64,000 nt of DNA from an uncultured bacterium (GTDB lineage Bacteria > Desulfobacterota_D > UBA1144 > Nemesobacterales > UBA2774): positions 10,472 through 74,471 of the forward strand of contig CAVPJU010000005.1 of the NCBI GenBank assembly GCA_963705505.1. The letters run 5' to 3'. The position numbers and the translations under genes were made by a program. Positions 42,899-54,251 of the stretch are shown one piece after another. Under the pieces are notes generated by a model. It saw only the letters and a program-made list of their open reading frames with translations, did not search any database and was not told the origin of the DNA. Each line of letters opens with the position of its first letter. Position 1 is the first letter of the stretch.

Positions 42899-43762
42899 CT
42901 AATACGAGTCTTCGATCCGGCGGGGGAAGCTGAAGACAGCGTCATCCAGCTTGGCGTTAATTTCAACCGTCGATACCTTTATTACTTCACTGCCCTCTCC
43001 GCTCTCTACGTCGAACTTGAAGTAGTAGGGGATGACCACACCGCCCGTTTCGATGTATTGATCGATTGTCGTGGTGGACGGAACTTCCTTGTCCTTAACT
43101 TTAGTAGTCCCTTTCACCAAGAACGGAAGGTATGTTTTGGCGTCGAGGTAGTAATAATCGACGTTCCCGCTTTTGAATCCGACCTTTATCTTGTAGGCGT
43201 CGTGGCCGTCGACTTTTTCCATTCCCATCAGCTCGATTTTATGACCTTTGTGCTTGTAGTCGATGAGCGGGCCGTCGAAGTCACACGTCTCCTTAAGGTC
43301 TTCCGCCTCGTCGCCCTTAAGCAATTCGGGCGCGCTGCCTTGGGTCGTGGGGTTGAATTTCCATGCGTCTTTACCGTCGTAAGACTGAATGAAATAGATG
43401 TGGCCGAGACTGAAGTCTATCCTGCACTTATCGGGGCGCTTGTACACAATCGCCATCTGGAAGAGCTTACCCATCGAATCCATCTTGCCGGTGTATTTGA
43501 GCGAATGGACGTCGTTCCATTTCGCGGGGCCGCCGATCGCGTCGAAGTATTTGGTCAATATAGTGTCGAGGTCTTTGTCTGCTGGTACGGGAGCGGGTTC
43601 TTCCACCTGACCGGGCTGTTCCCGGGCTGCTTTATCAGGGGCAGCCGGCTTCTGCTCGGCCGTCTTCGGCTTCTCCTTTTCATCCGCGCGTCTGCACGAA
43701 ACCATTCCCAGTAATCCGGTTACGGCTATAGCAATCAAAATGACGTATAAATTCCTTCGCAT
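42899..43762 (-). CDS. LolA-like / lipoprotein-sorting-fold lipoprotein
   Basis: Lipobox MVSC, AIGG, RPDKCR, E.VDG...YKI, YYLD..TYLP; paralogue of 45339-46196. Confidence 0.7.
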   Translation of the reverse strand: MRRNLYVILIAIAVTGLLGMVSCRRADEKEKPKTAEQKPAAPDKAAREQPGQVEEPAPVPADKDLDTILTKYFDAIGGPAKWNDVHSLKYTGKMDSMGKLFQMAIVYKRPDKCRIDFSLGHIYFIQSYDGKDAWKFNPTTQGSAPELLKGDEAEDLKETCDFDGPLIDYKHKGHKIELMGMEKVDGHDAYKIKVGFKSGNVDYYYLDAKTYLPFLVKGTTKVKDKEVPSTTTIDQYIETGGVVIPYYFKFDVESGEGSEVIKVSTVEINAKLDDAVFSFPRRIEDSY

Positions 43763-43925
43763 CGGGCTACTCCTGAGTTTGTGTAGATACGATAATGAAG
43801 ATTATAGGAAAAAGCTGGAATTACAATAGGAATTTAAAGGAACACCTTGATACGGGATAATCCGGGCGTAACAATGAGCCGCGCCATCGGTCAAGATGCG
43901 CCGATAATAAATATGAGGCAGGTAT

Positions 43926-44669
43926 TTAACCGCCATATTTAAAGACGATTATACGGCAGGGCTCGCACCTGTACGCGTGGAGCTTGGGGCGCTTCACCCA
44001 GAAGGCCGTGCCCGGGAGTCCCGTCAGCATGGTGGGGATTCCTATGGGGTCCTCCCTGTCCCTCCACGAGACGCCGCCGACTGTGGGCATGTAGCCTTCC
44101 GTCATCGGCGCGCCGCATTTCGGGCAGGCGAGTCCGCCTACGGGCATGCCGAGATCAGTCGTGAGGGGGACGAGTTTATCGCGTGGCGGTTTCCTGAATG
44201 ACTTGTATATATAGTAGGTGAATCCGGCAGCGAGAAGGAGCAGGAATAGGGCGACCGCGACGAGGGACATAAGGAGATAAAGGTTAAGCTCGACGCTGTC
44301 GGGGAGAGTGCATTTCGACGGGTCTTCAGGGAGGTAGACCACGTTCAATATATCGTGCCTGGCTATGACGTCGTATGTGTATTTCGTCACGCGGAGAGTG
44401 CAGGCGGAGGTGATCCCCCGCGGCATGCGCAGGGAAACCACGATGCGGTGGTCGTCGGAAGGGGAAGTGATGCTTGCCCTGACGAGGCGTCCGTCCTCCA
44501 TTATCCCCTTCATCGCGACTACAGCTGTCGTTTCGACGCCTCTGTCGCTGAGGGTTTCGTAGAACAGTAAGTCTCCGGCGTATTTGTAGAGTATCCAGGC
44601 GGGCACTGCAGCGAGCAGGACGAGGACGAGGATGGGGACGATTAGTTCGCTCTTGTTCTTCATTATCAT
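43926..44669 (-). CDS. Membrane protein with C-terminal zinc-ribbon domain
   Basis: Two TMs, CPKCGAPM.EG and CEPC. Confidence 0.7.
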   Translation of the reverse strand: MIMKNKSELIVPILVLVLLAAVPAWILYKYAGDLLFYETLSDRGVETTAVVAMKGIMEDGRLVRASITSPSDDHRIVVSLRMPRGITSACTLRVTKYTYDVIARHDILNVVYLPEDPSKCTLPDSVELNLYLLMSLVAVALFLLLLAAGFTYYIYKSFRKPPRDKLVPLTTDLGMPVGGLACPKCGAPMTEGYMPTVGGVSWRDREDPIGIPTMLTGLPGTAFWVKRPKLHAYRCEPCRIIVFKYGG

Positions 44670-44764
44670 TGGATATTTATGATTTAACAGCGTGCCGGGC
44701 CTGGCCGCATGCCCCTGACCGGGTGTTACGGGTAATAATACATCTCTTTATGATATTCTGAAAA

Positions 44765-45300
44765 AGGCTCAGGGCGAACGGGGTTTCGACGCTAGATTGC
44801 CGCGTTTCATTTCAATACGCCTGCAATGGCAAAGAGAAGGCAAAGATATCTCTCTTCTTTTCCTTCAGGAAAAGAAGCAAAAATCGCACGTGTGTGCGTT
44901 TTATGAAAGACATAGAACAAAGATAAGGCAAACATATTTTCTTCTTTTCCTTGATGAAAAGAAGCAAAAATCATCCGACAGCACAGAATTGGCTAAAAAC
45001 AGACTATCTCGACTAAAATCTTTTAATTCAGCCCCAATTAGTATTAAGGCTTAGCGAAGCAAGACTCATGACATAATTGCATTTAGCGAATGGCGTCCGA
45101 TTGCTTTGGCTTGAGTTGCTCGGAACCGTCCCCTAAAAGATTTTTACGTCTCGATAATCTGTTTTCTTAACGCCAATTCTGTGTATGTCGGGGAAAAGAA
45201 AAGATTTTCGGGAATTACATGTCCCTGCGTTCTTCGATCCTTCAACAGGCTCAGGACGAACGGGGTGGAAAATGAGATTCTGAAACAAGTTCAGAATGAC
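44765..45300 (+). repeat. Intergenic mosaic repeat block
   Basis: Core 44975-45192 with an internally deleted second unit. Confidence 0.9.
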
Positions 45301-45338
45301 TGATATTTTGTGAATGAGAGGTAGATGCGATGTGTGCA

Positions 45339-46196
45339 TCAGGGCATGTTGAAAATGCCGGGGTCGAGTGACGAATTCAGTGTGACCGATTCCACAACGT
45401 AATCTTCGTGGGGTCCGCCGCCTTTCTTGTCGATCGCGAGTCTGAAGGGGACGACGACGTTCCCGGTTTTCCTGTAGTCTTCGAATTTCGTCATCATTAC
45501 GATCTCGCTGCCTTCGACCGTGTAGAACCCGATCGTCTTGAGGGGGAGGAACCTGGACGCGTCGAGGAAATAGAACTGGAAATTCCCCGTGGGGTATGTG
45601 ACCTTTATCTTGTAAGTCTCTTTGCCGTCGACGGACTCCATGCCCTCGAGCGAGACCTTGTGTTTCTTCTTCGCGTAGTCGATGAGCGGGCTTTCGACAC
45701 CGCACCTGTCGCTGAGGTAATTCGTACGCGCGCGGTCGAGGGGCTCCGGGGAGGGCTTGTCCGAGATGGGGTTTTGCTGCCACGCGGTCTCCCCGTTATA
45801 CGCCTGAATGACGAGCTTGCCGCCTATCGAGTATTCGACCCTGCATTTATCGGGGCGCATGTACTCCGCGGTCGTGGTGAACTCCCTCTTCTGGGAGAGT
45901 ATTTTCCCCTTGATTACCAATGTGTTTACAGACTGCCAGCTTCCGAGACCGCCTATCGCCCGGTAGTAATTACGGAGGACTTCATCGAGTGTGAGGCTTT
46001 TCGCGGCGTCGTTGACTGCCGCCGGCTTATCTGCCGGGGGCTCCGCTTTTACGGGCTGTTTAGGCTCACTTTTGGCGATCACGTACGCTCCGCCGTCCTG
46101 AGACAGTGCGGGGAGAGGGAAAGATAGCGCTGCTATAAGCGCCGCTCCGATGAGTAGTCTGGTCAAGCCTTTGCTCCTGTATGGGTTTCGATGCAA
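45339..46196 (-). CDS. LolA-like / lipoprotein-sorting-fold secreted protein
   Basis: Signal peptide, AIGG, RPDKCR, ESVDGKETYKI. Confidence 0.7.
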   Translation of the reverse strand: MHRNPYRSKGLTRLLIGAALIAALSFPLPALSQDGGAYVIAKSEPKQPVKAEPPADKPAAVNDAAKSLTLDEVLRNYYRAIGGLGSWQSVNTLVIKGKILSQKREFTTTAEYMRPDKCRVEYSIGGKLVIQAYNGETAWQQNPISDKPSPEPLDRARTNYLSDRCGVESPLIDYAKKKHKVSLEGMESVDGKETYKIKVTYPTGNFQFYFLDASRFLPLKTIGFYTVEGSEIVMMTKFEDYRKTGNVVVPFRLAIDKKGGGPHEDYVVESVTLNSSLDPGIFNMP

Positions 46197-46244
46197 CGAA
46201 AAAGAATAAAGGATGGTGGGGGAATTTCAAAGGGGGAAAGGAAA

Positions 46245-46842
46245 GATGAGATTGCTGCGCTTTACTCCCGGATTTGCCAGCAGGCTACATCGGGACAAAT
46301 CGCTCCCTCACAATGACAAAGAAAAAGTATAGATAATATCTTCTTTGTCTTGATACAAAGAAGCAAAAATCACACACATAGTGTGGTCTTTCGAAAAGAC
46401 GGATAAAAGAGAAGGCAAATATATTTCTCTTCTTTTCCTTGATGAAAAGAAGCAAAAATCACACACGTAGTGTGACGACTGCACAGAATTGTGCTAAAAA
46501 TATCTTAGTTAAGGCTATAATCTTTCAATCCCACCCTAATTAGTATCAAGGTTTAGTGAAGCAAGACTCGTGAAATAATTGTATTTAGCGAGTGGCGTCC
46601 GATTCCTTACTTGCTCGGAATCGTCCCATGAAAGATTTTCACGCCTTAATAATCTATTTTCTTAACGCAAATTCTGTGAATGTCGGGGAAGAAGAAATAC
46701 CCTCTGGATTGATAGGGGTACTAAGGTAAACCCCCCACCCGAACCCTCCCCCACTTTGAAAAGGGGGGAGGGAAAAAATATTAATGCTTCGACAGGCTCT
46801 CGAAATGACGCAGATGATATTGCCTTGCTTCCTTGCAATGAC
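46245..46842 (+). repeat. Intergenic mosaic repeat block
   Basis: Core ~46476-46688; empty palindrome 46729-46774. Confidence 0.9.
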
Positions 46843-46862
46843 GGATTAGAGATTGTGGTGAT

Positions 46863-47228
46863 CTATTTTTCCTCTTCGCTCAGGCGGTCGTAGGCGCGGT
46901 CGATGTGGACCTGCCATGGGGAAAGCTCGGGATGTGAGGAAACGAGGCGCGCGAGCTCGTCGATTTTGTCCCGTCTGCCCTTATGACTCCATATCTTCGC
47001 CCCAAGCTCTATCGCGGGGATGGTAGTGATGTCGAACTCTCCCGAGAAGCGTTTCGTGTTTTCGATGAGGGAGGGGATGAGGGGGAGCGAGAGCTCGCAG
47101 TATTTCAGCACCATGAGGTTGTAGCCGTTCCGGACGTTTTCCGTGATCATGTTCAGGTAGTAGAAGTATTTGTCGACGTCGGCGGCGAGGTACTTGTCGC
47201 TTCCGGGGTCTGATTTAGTGTCTGACAT
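46863..47228 (-). CDS. Hypothetical protein
   Basis: AAGGA RBS before MSDTKS; host-like codon usage. Confidence 0.6.
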   Translation of the reverse strand: MSDTKSDPGSDKYLAADVDKYFYYLNMITENVRNGYNLMVLKYCELSLPLIPSLIENTKRFSGEFDITTIPAIELGAKIWSHKGRRDKIDELARLVSSHPELSPWQVHIDRAYDRLSEEEK

Positions 47229-47519
47229 GGTGATTTCCTTTTGCTCCTGAAAAATATAATCGGAGGCGGGGGAAAGGCAATGAGGTGTCGGCAGCTTTCC
47301 ATGATGGAAGGGAGTGGAGGAATGAAAAAGGATGCCTGAATTGACCCCGTGTCGTAGCACGGGACTGGGTTCAGGATAAGGTACAGAGGTATAATTGCGG
47401 GTGGAAGCCGTTCCTCCGGATTTAATACACAAAAAATGAGATTATCTTGAACATTTTGAGGGATTTTGGGTGTATAATGAATGGAAATTATGCGGTTAAT
47501 TCAAATAGGAGGATTCCTG

Positions 47520-47777
47520 ATGACGAGGAAAATTTTGTATATGGCGCTCGTGATTGGCGCGTTAGCTCTGGGAGCATGCGCCGGGCAGAACGAGAGCGCA
47601 CAGCAGGACGACCACTTCGACATGAGCATATGCAACAACATCCCGGTAAGTGTCGAGGCGTACGAGGCGATGGATCCCAAAAGCAAGCAGGCCAAGATTA
47701 GCTGCGCCGATCTAGAGAGGTGCGCGTCGTATATGGGTAACGACACGCCGCCGAACGTGCCTTGTGAGGGGCCTTGA
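47520..47777 (+). CDS. Small lipoprotein
   Basis: AGGAGG RBS, lipobox LGAC. Confidence 0.7.
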   Translation: MTRKILYMALVIGALALGACAGQNESAQQDDHFDMSICNNIPVSVEAYEAMDPKSKQAKISCADLERCASYMGNDTPPNVPCEGP

Positions 47778-47809
47778 TTGTAATAGTATGGGAAATGGAG
47801 GATTAAGGA

Positions 47810-48245
47810 AAAACACCCCCATCCACACCTTCCCCCTTTCTAAGGGGAAGGGAATGAAAGGAATGGATTCCCGATCGTGGTCGGGAATGACAAAAAAATC
47901 CATCCTAACCTAATTTGGGATATAGCAACATTGAACCCGAAGTTAATCTCCTTCGGCGCTCTTGTAGGGGTAGGGCGTCCGAATGCGCGCTTGCTTGCGT
48001 TCGTCCCCCTTTACAAAACCCTCTCCCATGCAGGGGAGTGGGAAATAAAAACTTGTATTGCCTGAGTGCCGTGGTAAGGAGACTTATTTGCAATCAGCCA
48101 ATGGCGTCCGGTTCTTGCTAATTTGGTTTCTACAACATCAACACGGAGTGATATTCGCGTTCATGGATTCAACCAGTAGAGCGACCGAATTCTTCACTTG
48201 CTCGAGAATTGTTGTTCAGAACCGTTATTCGGGAATGACAAAAAT
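47810..48245 (+). repeat. Mosaic repeat block with divergent nested units
   Basis: Unit 47912-48004; nested pair ~48050-48225 with inner unit 48120-48212. Confidence 0.75.
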
Positions 48246-48321
48246 GAGATTGCAACGCTCGCAGGAACATACGAAAGGGATAGTTTTCTCGCTAGGCTCG
48301 AAGATGTACGATTTTTAATAT

Positions 48322-49824
48322 CTAATCCATCTTCTTGAACCTGCCGAGGGATTCGTCGTTGAATTCCGTGACGTTGCCCTTCGCGTCGATGACGAAGGTT
48401 ACCTCGTCAGGGGCGGATATGAAGATGGGCCAGCTCAGGTAGAAGGTGTCGTAGTTCACGTGCGCAAGGGTGCCCGTGTATTTCGCGGGGCCGGCTTCGA
48501 TCTTTAAATTGTCGCCGTCCCTGAGCACCGAGAATTGACCGTAGAGGTCGTTCTCGTAAGTCCCGGTGTAGGCGTCGAGGTCCTTGCTCGGGGGCTTCGG
48601 GTTCTCTGGCATCACGGTCTTGTTAATGCCCAACATCTCTGTCATCTTCTTTGACCTGTCCATTATGGCTTCCTGCATATCGTAGTCGGCTTCGCCCAGG
48701 TACTGCTCCAGTATGAATGCGCGGACGGCTTCGGGGAGGACAGTCAGGTTCATATTTGCCAGCACGACTATCCCGAGCTTCAAGTCGGGCACGAGGACGA
48801 CTATAGTCCTGTAACCGTCGAGCGCGCCGCCTTTCTCGAGTATCTTGTGGTTCTGCCAGTAGTAGATACCCCAGGCGAGCCCGTAGCTGAACCCCGTATC
48901 GTCCGAGATGGGGGGGAGCTCGGCGAATGAGGGTTTGTCCACCATAGCCGGCGTGAAAAGCTGCTCGACCGATTCGGGCTTGAGTATTTCCTTGCCCCTG
49001 AATTTACCGCCGTCGAGGTGCATGATGAGATAACGGGCGAGGTCGGACGCCGACGAAGTCATAGCTCCCGCGGGGGCCAGCACCCTCTGCTCATTGAAAG
49101 GTATTACCTTTGTCTCGCCGTTGACTACGGCGTGGGGATAGGCGACGTTCTTCTCTTTATCGATCTCGTAAGTGAAGCCCGTGTGCTTGAGGCCGAGGGG
49201 CTTTATGATGTTCTCCCTCACCACGTCTTCCCACGACGAGTCGGCGGCATAGGCGGCTGTCTCGCCCGCGAGGAAGTAACCGATGTTGGAGTAATTTGCC
49301 TCTTCCCTGAAGCTGCAGGCCGGGGTGAAATAGCGGACGCGTCTTATGACTTCCCCCCTCGAATAGCCGAGGTGGTCGAATATGTCGCCCGTGAACGGGG
49401 GAAGGCCGGTGCGGTGGGCGAGCAGGTCGCGCGGGGTCGTGAAACGTGTGGAATAGGGGTCCATGAGGGCGAAGTCGGGGATTATCTTTATGACTTCCTC
49501 GTCGAAGCTCATCTTGCCCCTGTCGACCATGGAGGCGACCGACGCCGCGGTGAATGTTTTGGTGACTGACGCGAGCTGGAATACGGTATCGCCGTCCACT
49601 TTCTCTTTCGTATCGACGTTCCTGACGCCGAATCCCTTGAGATAAACGACGTCGCCGTCCTTAACGACAGCGACCGCCACCCCGGGGACGTCGTACTGTT
49701 CCATGGCAAGCTCGATGAACGCGTCCAGGCCTTCGAGTTTTTCCTCGGCGATGAGGGTACCGCGAGACCCCGCAGCTATAAAAAGGGCAAGTATTACCGA
49801 AGCGATAACCGATTTCCTCGTCAT
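48322..49824 (-). CDS. Serine hydrolase (AmpC/beta-lactamase-like) with C-terminal DUF3471-like domain
   Basis: SVTK (SxxK), LLAHRTG, YSN, YTGTYEN..YG. Confidence 0.9.
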   Translation of the reverse strand: MTRKSVIASVILALFIAAGSRGTLIAEEKLEGLDAFIELAMEQYDVPGVAVAVVKDGDVVYLKGFGVRNVDTKEKVDGDTVFQLASVTKTFTAASVASMVDRGKMSFDEEVIKIIPDFALMDPYSTRFTTPRDLLAHRTGLPPFTGDIFDHLGYSRGEVIRRVRYFTPACSFREEANYSNIGYFLAGETAAYAADSSWEDVVRENIIKPLGLKHTGFTYEIDKEKNVAYPHAVVNGETKVIPFNEQRVLAPAGAMTSSASDLARYLIMHLDGGKFRGKEILKPESVEQLFTPAMVDKPSFAELPPISDDTGFSYGLAWGIYYWQNHKILEKGGALDGYRTIVVLVPDLKLGIVVLANMNLTVLPEAVRAFILEQYLGEADYDMQEAIMDRSKKMTEMLGINKTVMPENPKPPSKDLDAYTGTYENDLYGQFSVLRDGDNLKIEAGPAKYTGTLAHVNYDTFYLSWPIFISAPDEVTFVIDAKGNVTEFNDESLGRFKKMD

Positions 49825-50215
49825 AACTTATCCTCCAGTATATTTTTCGGCCGGTACTTTCAACGTAACATGAAACGGGCGGGTTAACAATAAAAAAGAG
49901 GGGGGGATGGTTTTTAGATTTAGCTTATCCTTCGACAAGCTCAGGATGGAGGGGGTTTTTATAAATAATAAGGTAAACCCCCACCCGCGCCCTCCCCCTT
50001 GGAAAGGGGGAGGGAATAAAAGAGGAAGGAGAAGTCCACCCCGGTTCTCTCGTCAGGGCGGAGCCTGCTGGAGGACGGCCTTTTTCTATGGGGGGAAATA
50101 AGGAAATGATGGATTAAAACTTTGTGCGGGGCCGGGCGTATATATTTACAGGCGCGTTTGATATAATTGAGAATACATGGTTTGTTTTATTGGAAATCCA
50201 TACAGGAGGGGTTTA

Positions 50216-50668
50216 ATGTTCGGACGTGACTTTTTTGTTATCATTCTGACAGGCGCGCTCACGGTTATGACGTTCACGGGTGGTGCGGAAAAGGCAAAAG
50301 GGCAGGATGCGGACTGCGCCCAGCTCGAGTCGCAGATACAGCAGGCGGAGCAGGTATATAAGGATGCCCACCACAAGCAGGTGGACGCTTTCAGGGACTG
50401 GGACAAGTACTACAAGGCTCTCCATTCAGACACCTATGAGGGAACGGAGGAGCCGCTTGCGGACACCGCTCAAAAGTGCGAGTCGGACGAGTCGAAGGGG
50501 AATTACTGCAGCGGCGCGATGGAGGACTATGAGACTATATCGGCCAGCGAGCAGAAGGCTAAAGCGAAGCTCGACGCGGCGAAGGCCGAAGCGGATCAGG
50601 CGGAGGCGAATCTGAGCGAGCTCAAGGCGAAGGCTGAGGCAAACGCATGCGATGCAGGGGGACAGTGA
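50216..50668 (+). CDS. Secreted coiled-coil hypothetical protein
   Basis: GGAGG RBS, signal peptide, heptad-rich. Confidence 0.65.
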   Translation: MFGRDFFVIILTGALTVMTFTGGAEKAKGQDADCAQLESQIQQAEQVYKDAHHKQVDAFRDWDKYYKALHSDTYEGTEEPLADTAQKCESDESKGNYCSGAMEDYETISASEQKAKAKLDAAKAEADQAEANLSELKAKAEANACDAGGQ

Positions 50669-50824
50669 GTAAGTGGTATTAGGTTAATTGGCGAAGGCGG
50701 ATGAGTAGAAAAACTTGCATATGAGCATACATTGTGTGCCTCAGAGTATGCGGGTTTATCACCCCCACCCGTACCCTACCCCCGGGAAGGGGAGGGAATT
50801 GATATGTTGGGAGAGGAGAGGGAG

Positions 50825-51097
50825 ATGAATACGCAGGTTTCGGAGACGGGGGAGAAGGCGATTTCGGTCGTGAACTGGCTTGGGACTATTTTAGTCGCAT
50901 TCGTTCCGCTCATAAATATTATAGTTCTTTTCTACTGGTCGCTCGGAAGGGATATCGACCCTAACAGGAGGAACTTCAGCAGGGCGGGCCTGATAGTCAT
51001 CGGTATCTTGACGGTCCTTATACTGTCGGTCTTTTACTACATGATTATTTCCATTGATCCTCATGAAAGGATTAAGGCTTTTATGATGATGGACTGA
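50825..51097 (+). CDS. Small membrane protein
   Basis: SV.NWLGT..VP.INII.LF.W..N..NF.RA pattern. Confidence 0.65.
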   Translation: MNTQVSETGEKAISVVNWLGTILVAFVPLINIIVLFYWSLGRDIDPNRRNFSRAGLIVIGILTVLILSVFYYMIISIDPHERIKAFMMMD

Positions 51098-51117
51098 GGG
51101 GGAGGAGTAGAGTGTGA

Positions 51118-51500
51118 GCAAGATTGCTGCACTTCACGCTTTTAGGAATGACAAAGAAAAAGCAAAGGTAATATCTTCTTTGTCTTGATACAAAGAAGCA
51201 AAAATCACACACATAGTGTGGTCTTTCGAAAAGACGGATAAAAGAGAAGGCAAATATATTTCTCTTCTTTTCCTTGATGAAAAGAAGCAAAAATCATCGA
51301 CTGCACAGAATTGTGCTGAAAATTTCTTATTAAGGCGAAAATCTTTCAATTCCTCCCACACCCCTGAAAGATTTATTGACGCCTTAATAATCTGTTTTCT
51401 TAACGCCAATTCTGTGAATGTCGGGAAAGACAAAGAGCGTTAAGGAATAAAGAGCAAGGACACCCCCATCCTTTCCTTCCCCCTTGAATGGGGAAGGAAA
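51118..51500 (+). repeat. Mosaic repeat block with empty core
   Basis: Core 51298-51425 with no nested unit. Confidence 0.9.
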
Positions 51501-51581
51501 TACATGGTGTGAAGTTCGATTGATTGATTTTTACTTTCCGGTATCAGACGGTTAATCTCATGCGACCGGCAGGAGACGACC

Positions 51582-52835
51582 GTGATGACCGACGACCGGA
51601 ATACCGGCTTTCTTCAAATACTCCCTCTCTACTTCGTAATATTCATCGGGTTCGTCGGGTACAGCCTGATGATAACCATCCTCACGCCGGTGACACTGGA
51701 CAACAGCGGCGGTATTCTCGACACGCTGCCTTTCAAGGCGGACAGAACGATCATACTGGGAGTTCTGCTCGCTCTATACCCGCTCGGGCAATTCGCGGGC
51801 TCGCCCGTAATGGGAGCGATGTCCGACAGGCTCGGGAGAAGGCCGATTCTGCTCGTCTCTCTCTTCGTCATCGCTATCTGCTACGCTCTATTCGCGTACT
51901 GTCTTCAGATAAGGAACATGCCGATGCTTATGATCATATCGGTCATAATGGGGCTTGCCGACGCGGACATCGTGACGGCTCAGAGCGCAATTGCCGACGT
52001 GAGCACGGAGGAGAACAGAAGCAGGCTCTTCGGGTACGTATATCTGAGCGCGAGCAGCGCGTACGTCGCGGGACCTCTCATCGGGGGGAAGCTCGCCGAC
52101 CCTCATATTGTCCCGTGGTTCGATTACGCAACACCGTACTGGGCGGTGTTCATCCTCCTTATTATCTCTATCGTGTTTACATATTTCCTGTTCAGGGAGA
52201 CGCGCATACCCCAGGAGGGGGCAAAGACGAGCTATTTCGAAGCGTTCACGAACATGCTGACTATATTCACAGCCGGGCGCATAAGGATCATATACCTCGT
52301 GAATTTTCTCATTTACTTTTCCATATTCGGTTTTTTCCGGGCCTATCCTATGTACCTCGTCGACCGTTATCAGATGGGTGTGGCGGGGGTATCCGACTTC
52401 ATCGCATGGGTCGCCGTGCCGATAGTGCTCGCAAACCTTTGGATCACCGGGTACCTGGCGAAGCGGTTCTCCGCGAGGACGGTAACCATATATTCGACCC
52501 TGCTCTTCGGGATACTCATGAGCGCCATTGTCGTGCCCGCGCATGAAGGGGCGCTCTGGGTGACGCTCTTTTTACCGGGACTCGCCCTCGCCGTAGCGCT
52601 GCCCGCCTGCGCCTCGATGCTGTCGCTCATGGTGAGCGCGGATGAGCAGGGAGGAGTGCTCGGAAATAACCAGTCGCTGCAGGTCGGGGCCGAGGCCCTT
52701 TCGGGTCTCGCCGCCGGACTGCTCGCGGCGATCGCATTCAAGCTGCCGCTTATCGCGCTCGCCGGGGTAGCGATGCTCGCGGCTCTGATTCTCGCGGCGG
52801 TGGGGAGGGGGAAGACAGATGAGAACGAGAGCTGA
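51582..52835 (+). CDS. MFS transporter (TetA/DHA1-like)
   Basis: GAMSDRLGRRP motif A, AIADVS, GPLIGG, 12 TMs. Confidence 0.9.
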   Translation: MMTDDRNTGFLQILPLYFVIFIGFVGYSLMITILTPVTLDNSGGILDTLPFKADRTIILGVLLALYPLGQFAGSPVMGAMSDRLGRRPILLVSLFVIAICYALFAYCLQIRNMPMLMIISVIMGLADADIVTAQSAIADVSTEENRSRLFGYVYLSASSAYVAGPLIGGKLADPHIVPWFDYATPYWAVFILLIISIVFTYFLFRETRIPQEGAKTSYFEAFTNMLTIFTAGRIRIIYLVNFLIYFSIFGFFRAYPMYLVDRYQMGVAGVSDFIAWVAVPIVLANLWITGYLAKRFSARTVTIYSTLLFGILMSAIVVPAHEGALWVTLFLPGLALAVALPACASMLSLMVSADEQGGVLGNNQSLQVGAEALSGLAAGLLAAIAFKLPLIALAGVAMLAALILAAVGRGKTDENES

Positions 52836-53159
52836 ATAGGTTTGGTATCATTCACTGAACTGGTTCGGAATGCCTGAATAAATGAATGAAATGTAACACC
52901 CCCATCCTCGCCTTCCCCCTTTTTATGGGGAAGGAATAATAGGGTAACGCGGCTTGAAGCCGCTCCTATAGTGGAAATAGAGATTCCGGGTCGAGCCCGG
53001 AGTGACAAATACCTACGTCCTTCGACAGGCTCGGGACGAACGGGTTTGGTTCCTGCTTTTTTAGTTAACGCCACACCTTCTATAATGCTCATGGAGGGTC
53101 AGTGATTAATCGCAATATGTTTCTCTTGATTATTACGGTATTTCTGCTATAGTAGAAAT

Positions 53160-53507
53160 ATGAAACTAAAACGTCAGAGAAAAAGCGTGGCTCACCTCGC
53201 GGACATGATTTCGGCGATGGGGAACGAGCAGAGGCTAATGATAATGAGGCTCCTCCTCGCGTCACACCCGGAGGGGATGGTCGTGGGGGATATACAGTCG
53301 GAGCTCGGGATACCGGGCTCGACACTGTCGCACCATCTTGAGAAGCTCAAGATAGCGGGGCTCGTGAGTGTGAAGAGGGAGAGCCAGTTCCTCCGGTACA
53401 GGGCGGAAGCGCATGCTCTCGAAGAGCTGCTGACATTCCTGTTCTCCGAGTGCTGTACGCGGAGCTCGGTTATCAAACCGGAGACTTTTATTTCTTTTTG
53501 CAAATAG
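53160..53507 (+). CDS. arsR: ArsR/SmtB-family repressor (C-terminal CC type)
   Basis: RL.I.RLL, STLSHHL..L..AGLV, ECC; first gene of the ars operon. Confidence 0.88.
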   Translation: MKLKRQRKSVAHLADMISAMGNEQRLMIMRLLLASHPEGMVVGDIQSELGIPGSTLSHHLEKLKIAGLVSVKRESQFLRYRAEAHALEELLTFLFSECCTRSSVIKPETFISFCK

Positions 53508-53518
53508 GAGATTGCGTC

Positions 53519-53980
53519 ATGGTAAAACATAGGGTGCTTTTCGTATGCGTGCATAATTCCGCGCGCAGCCAGATGGCTGAGGAGCTGTTGAGGAAGATCG
53601 CCGGGGACAGGTTCGACGTCGAGAGCGCGGGACTCGATCCGGGGACGCTGAACCCGTATGCCGTCGCTGCGCTCAAGGAGGAGGGGATAGACATTTCCGG
53701 GAAAAAGACGGTTTCGGCTTTCGACCTCCTGAAGCAGGGGCGCTACTACACCTACGTCATAACCGTATGCGACGAGACCTCGGCTGAGTCGTGCCCGATA
53801 TTTCCCGGATGCAGGGAGAAGTTCCACTGGAGCTTCCCGGACCCTTCGAAATTCACGGGGACTGAAGAGGAGATCATGCAGCGCGTGAGGGAAGTCAGGG
53901 AGCAGATCAGGGAAAAGATCTCCGAGTGGGTTGTGGCCGTCGGAAGAGAAGATAAAAAGGGCAAGCTGAAAGTGGTCTGA
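53519..53980 (+). CDS. arsC: Arsenate reductase (LMW-PTP fold)
   Basis: [30 protein letters not shown]. Confidence 0.9.
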   Translation: MVKHRVLFVCVHNSARSQMAEELLRKIAGDRFDVESAGLDPGTLNPYAVAALKEEGIDISGKKTVSAFDLLKQGRYYTYVITVCDETSAESCPIFPGCREKFHWSFPDPSKFTGTEEEIMQRVREVREQIREKISEWVVAVGREDKKGKLKVV

Positions 53981-54067
53981 AAATATTAATTCCACGAGTA
54001 CATCCGCCATATCACTATGTTATTAAAACCGCAGCCGTGCGTCAGCGGTGAAGGAGGAAGATCCGGG

Positions 54068-54172
54068 ATGAGGGGTTCTTTGCATTTATATTTCGCCGAG
54101 GCACTGGGGACTTTTTTTCTCGTGTTTGCCGCGACGGGTGCGGCGCCCCGGTACAGCAGACGCCATGTGTAA
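54068..54172 (+). pseudogene. N-terminal remnant of an MIP/aquaporin gene
   Basis: AAGGAGG then MRGSLHLYFAEALGTFFLVFAATGA, matching the MIP TM1 AE..GT..LVF pattern, then an abrupt end. Confidence 0.65.
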
Positions 54173-54251
54173 TCCCGACGGTAACGGGATTCCCTTTCCC
54201 GGTAGTTTTTCAAATTTTGGGAACTTGTAATTCGTGTATAAGGAGACGAGT

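Noticed and set aside
48322..49824. Antibiotic-resistance beta-lactamase call
   Set aside because: Motifs support only the broad serine hydrolase family; the extra C-terminal domain is more typical of peptidase-like members
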